A stretch of 64,000 bases of DNA from Vicugna vicugna (lineage: Eukaryota): the NCBI GenBank assembly GCA_013265495.1, contig MU058584.1, positions 4,098,508 to 4,162,507 of the forward strand, read 5' to 3'. Numbering within the stretch: position 1 is the stretch's first letter; the number at the start of each line of letters is the position of its first letter. This document shows positions 61,440 to 64,000 of this stretch, piece after piece. Under the pieces are notes generated by a model, which was not told the DNA's origin, made no database searches, and was given only the letters and a program-made list of their open reading frames with translations. The translations under genes were made by a program, and so were the position numbers.

Positions 61440-62146
61440 AAAATTTAGACCACCTCACACCTATTAAAATGGCTATTATCAAAAAACAGAAAGTAGTAAC
61501 TATGAGGATGTCGAGAAATTGGAGCACTTGTGTACTACTGGAAATGTCAAATGGTCCAGTTTGGTGATTCCCCAGAAAATTAAAAATAGAACCACCACAT
61601 GATCCAGCAATCCCACTTCTAGGTATATACCCCAAAGAATTGAGAGCAGAGTCTCAAAGAGATAGTTGTACGCCCATATTCATAACAGCATTATTCACAT
61701 TAGCCAAAATGTGTTAGCAACCCAAGTGTTTATCAACAGATGGATGGATAAACAAAACGTGGTCTATCCATACAGTGGAACAGTACTCAGTCTCAAAAAG
61801 GAAGGAAATCCTGACACGTGCTACAACATGGGTGAACCTTGAGGACACTGTCTAAGTGAAGAAAGATACGCACAAATGGGACCATTACTGTATGATTCCA
61901 CTTACATGAAGTACCTAGCGAAGTCAAATACACAGAGACAGAAAGTAGAATGGTGGTTGCCTGGAGCTGGGGGGGAAGGGAAGCAGGGAGCGTTATGTTT
62001 AATAGAGTCTCAGTTTTGCAAGATGAAAAGACTTCTGTGAATGGTCGGTGATGGTGGTTGCACAATATAAATGTACTTGATCCCACTAAGTGCACAGTTA
62101 AAAATGGTTCAGGTGATAAATTTAATGTGTATTTTACCACAATAAG
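61440..62146 (+). mobile_element. L1MB-like ORF2 end and 3'UTR
   Basis: accacctcacacctatt...gatccagcaatcccacttctaggtatataccc...ctacaacatgggtgaaccttgagg...attttaccacaataa. Confidence 0.9.
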
Positions 62147-63179
62147 AAGTTGCTGGTGGGGGTGTTGCAGAATTGAGAAGCACATACTGTTAAAACTGTC
62201 TGAGGCATTGAGACTGTCACATTCTGCATCTTCGAGGGGGGAGAAGAGAAAGCAGGGGCGAGCGGTTAGGAGTCAGGTGGGTAGGATGCTGGTCCACAGA
62301 AAGGCTTAACCCTTGCAGCGCCGAGGAAAGCAGCGGCCTTTGCCTCTTTTATTCCATCAGTAGCTCGTCAGCTCATTGGTACTCACTTTCCTGAGTCCAG
62401 CAAGTTCCATTGCTTTCAAAGATAAAGCTAGGCAACAGCTTGCAAAATTTAGAAGCTGATGTGCACAAATTAAAAAAAAACCAAAACATCAAGAAAACAA
62501 CAGGCTGGTGAGCTCTGTGAAGCCTCTTACTAGCAGGGAGGGGAATTTTCCTCTCCCGTCGCGTGGGCTGCTGTCTCCAGCTTCAAATCATCAACAACCC
62601 CTGTCCGGGGTTAGCCCCGGGTAGGGGACACCCCATCCCCTAAAACCTCCTTCTTGAACTGACAGTTCAATTCGCCCCAAGTGGGAGGTGGGAAACCACG
62701 CATCCATCTCACAGGGACCCCTCACGGGTGGGTGTGAGGAAGGAGGCTGAGCTGGAAGTCTCATTCAGGGACACCCGGCTTAGTGTCAGCCTGGAGCAGC
62801 AGGTCCCACAGTTACAGAAGGCTTCGTTCCTGGGACACCATGGGGTCGGCTAGGGGCAGAGGGGAAGGCGATGGGGAGTGGCGGGGAGGGGATGAGTGCT
62901 TTTTTTGGATTCCAAACATATTGTACTTCTAGGCAGATGAAAATGATTCCCCTGCCATCCTCAAACCTTTCTTGCCTCCTCCTCTACTTCCACGTTCTTA
63001 ATGTTTCTTCTCTTTTCTTTCCATCAGCTCTCCTTCTCCAGCTTTCCCCTTTCTGCTTCACCAAGTAAGCATCAGCATATTAGAGACAGCTGCTACTTAG
63101 TTGAGCCCTTTCTCAGTGTCTCTCCTGGATTAAGGGCTACAATAGGTTATGTCTTTGGTTCCTCACAATGGCCATAGGA

Positions 63180-63330
63180 CATAGGTGTTACTGCATCCAT
63201 TTTACAGATAGAGATGCTGAGGCTTAGAGAGAGGTTAAGTGACATGTCCAAGGTCACACAGCTAGAAATATAGCAGAGCAGGGATTTGAACCTTGACGAT
63301 CAGCCTTCAGAGCCAAGACTTAGCACTGTG
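63180..63330 (-). mobile_element. MIR
   Basis: ccattttacagat...tgaggcttagagag...ccaaggtcacacagctag...gggatttgaacc. Confidence 0.85.
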
Positions 63331-64000
63331 TTGCTATATTTTTTGCAAATTCTCTTCCCTCCTCCTTCTCTCATTCCTCTTCCACATCTTCCTCTATCCC
63401 TTCCTTTTTTTAAGGCAGTAGATCTGATGATAATGGTGTCAGCAGGGAATGGAGAAGTCTGACTGATAGGGAGAGAAAGGAGGCAGCCAGTTTCAAGCTC
63501 CGATTATGACATTAATGTAGATTTTGCTCCTGCCTGCCTTTTCCAAAATGGCTGAGTTCTAGGGCTAGAAGGAACCTTACTGACCATCAGTGTCCAAACC
63601 TTCCATCTCGTACAGAGGAAAATAGAATCAGAGACATCAAGTGATGTTCTTGAGTCCACACAGCTAGTTAGTGGCAGAGCCCAGACCCAGGAGCTGGCCA
63701 CCTAATTCCAAAACTTTTCCTGTCCTATAGGCCTTCTCCATAAGTGAGTGTCTACATTACTCATCCAGAATCATCAATTTGTCCAGGAAGCATTTACCAA
63801 AAATTTACCCTGGTCAGGCACAGAATTAGCAAACTCTCCATCAGAGACCCAGGACACCTGAGATGCTCTTAGTTTTGCTGAATCTGTGTCTGCAGGTGCA
63901 GCCTCGGGGACCCTGGACCTTCTTCCCAGGGCTCAGCTGTAGGGGCTGCAAAACAAGAAGATGGCTCGGGGCTCTCCCAGGGCAATCCAGGCTGCGTCTC

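Larger units (their letters stand above)
17966..64000 (-). other. CD247: CD247 intron 1 (partial; signal-peptide exon 1 not found in window)
   Basis: No MKW...-type signal peptide exon was recognised upstream of exon 2; CD247 intron 1 is known to be tens of kb long. Confidence 0.8.

Noticed and set aside
62422..62507. Plus-strand exon-like segment (aag|...CTG|gtgagc) reading IKLGNSLQNLEADVHKLKK
   Set aside because: Weak acceptor with competing AGs, no partner exons and no recognised homology.

Overview
Mammalian genomic DNA, most likely camelid (it carries several Vic-1-like tRNA-derived SINEs), covering the convergent POU2F1 / CD247 junction. CD247 (CD3 zeta) coding exons 2-8 lie on the minus strand (17965 down to 11942), with canonical splice sites, three intact ITAMs and a poly(A) signal at 10843-10848. 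Exon 1 was not found, so 17966-64000 is interpreted as part of the long intron 1. Bases 1-~1955 look like the distal POU2F1 (Oct-1) 3'UTR on the plus strand; this is inferred from synteny, as no POU2F1 coding sequence is present. Embedded antisense in it is the homolog of the CD3-eta exon 9 (starts DSHFQAVPV at 404), which here hits an in-frame TAA after 32 codons. Between CD247 exon 8 and the eta exon sits a ~6.1 kb degenerate ERV1-class provirus with two LTRs, a CTCT TSD, PBS, PPT and two nested solo LTRs. Intron 1 holds a decayed MTCH1 processed pseudogene, solo LTRs, L1/L2/MIR/SINE remnants, a near-perfect 25-bp minisatellite, a T-cell-type motif cluster and a CpG island that looks like an internal promoter with a candidate alternative first exon. 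Gene and repeat-family names come from recognition by eye, not database searches. I found no convincing wholly new biological system; the best leads are the eta exon/ERV arrangement and the intronic promoter.
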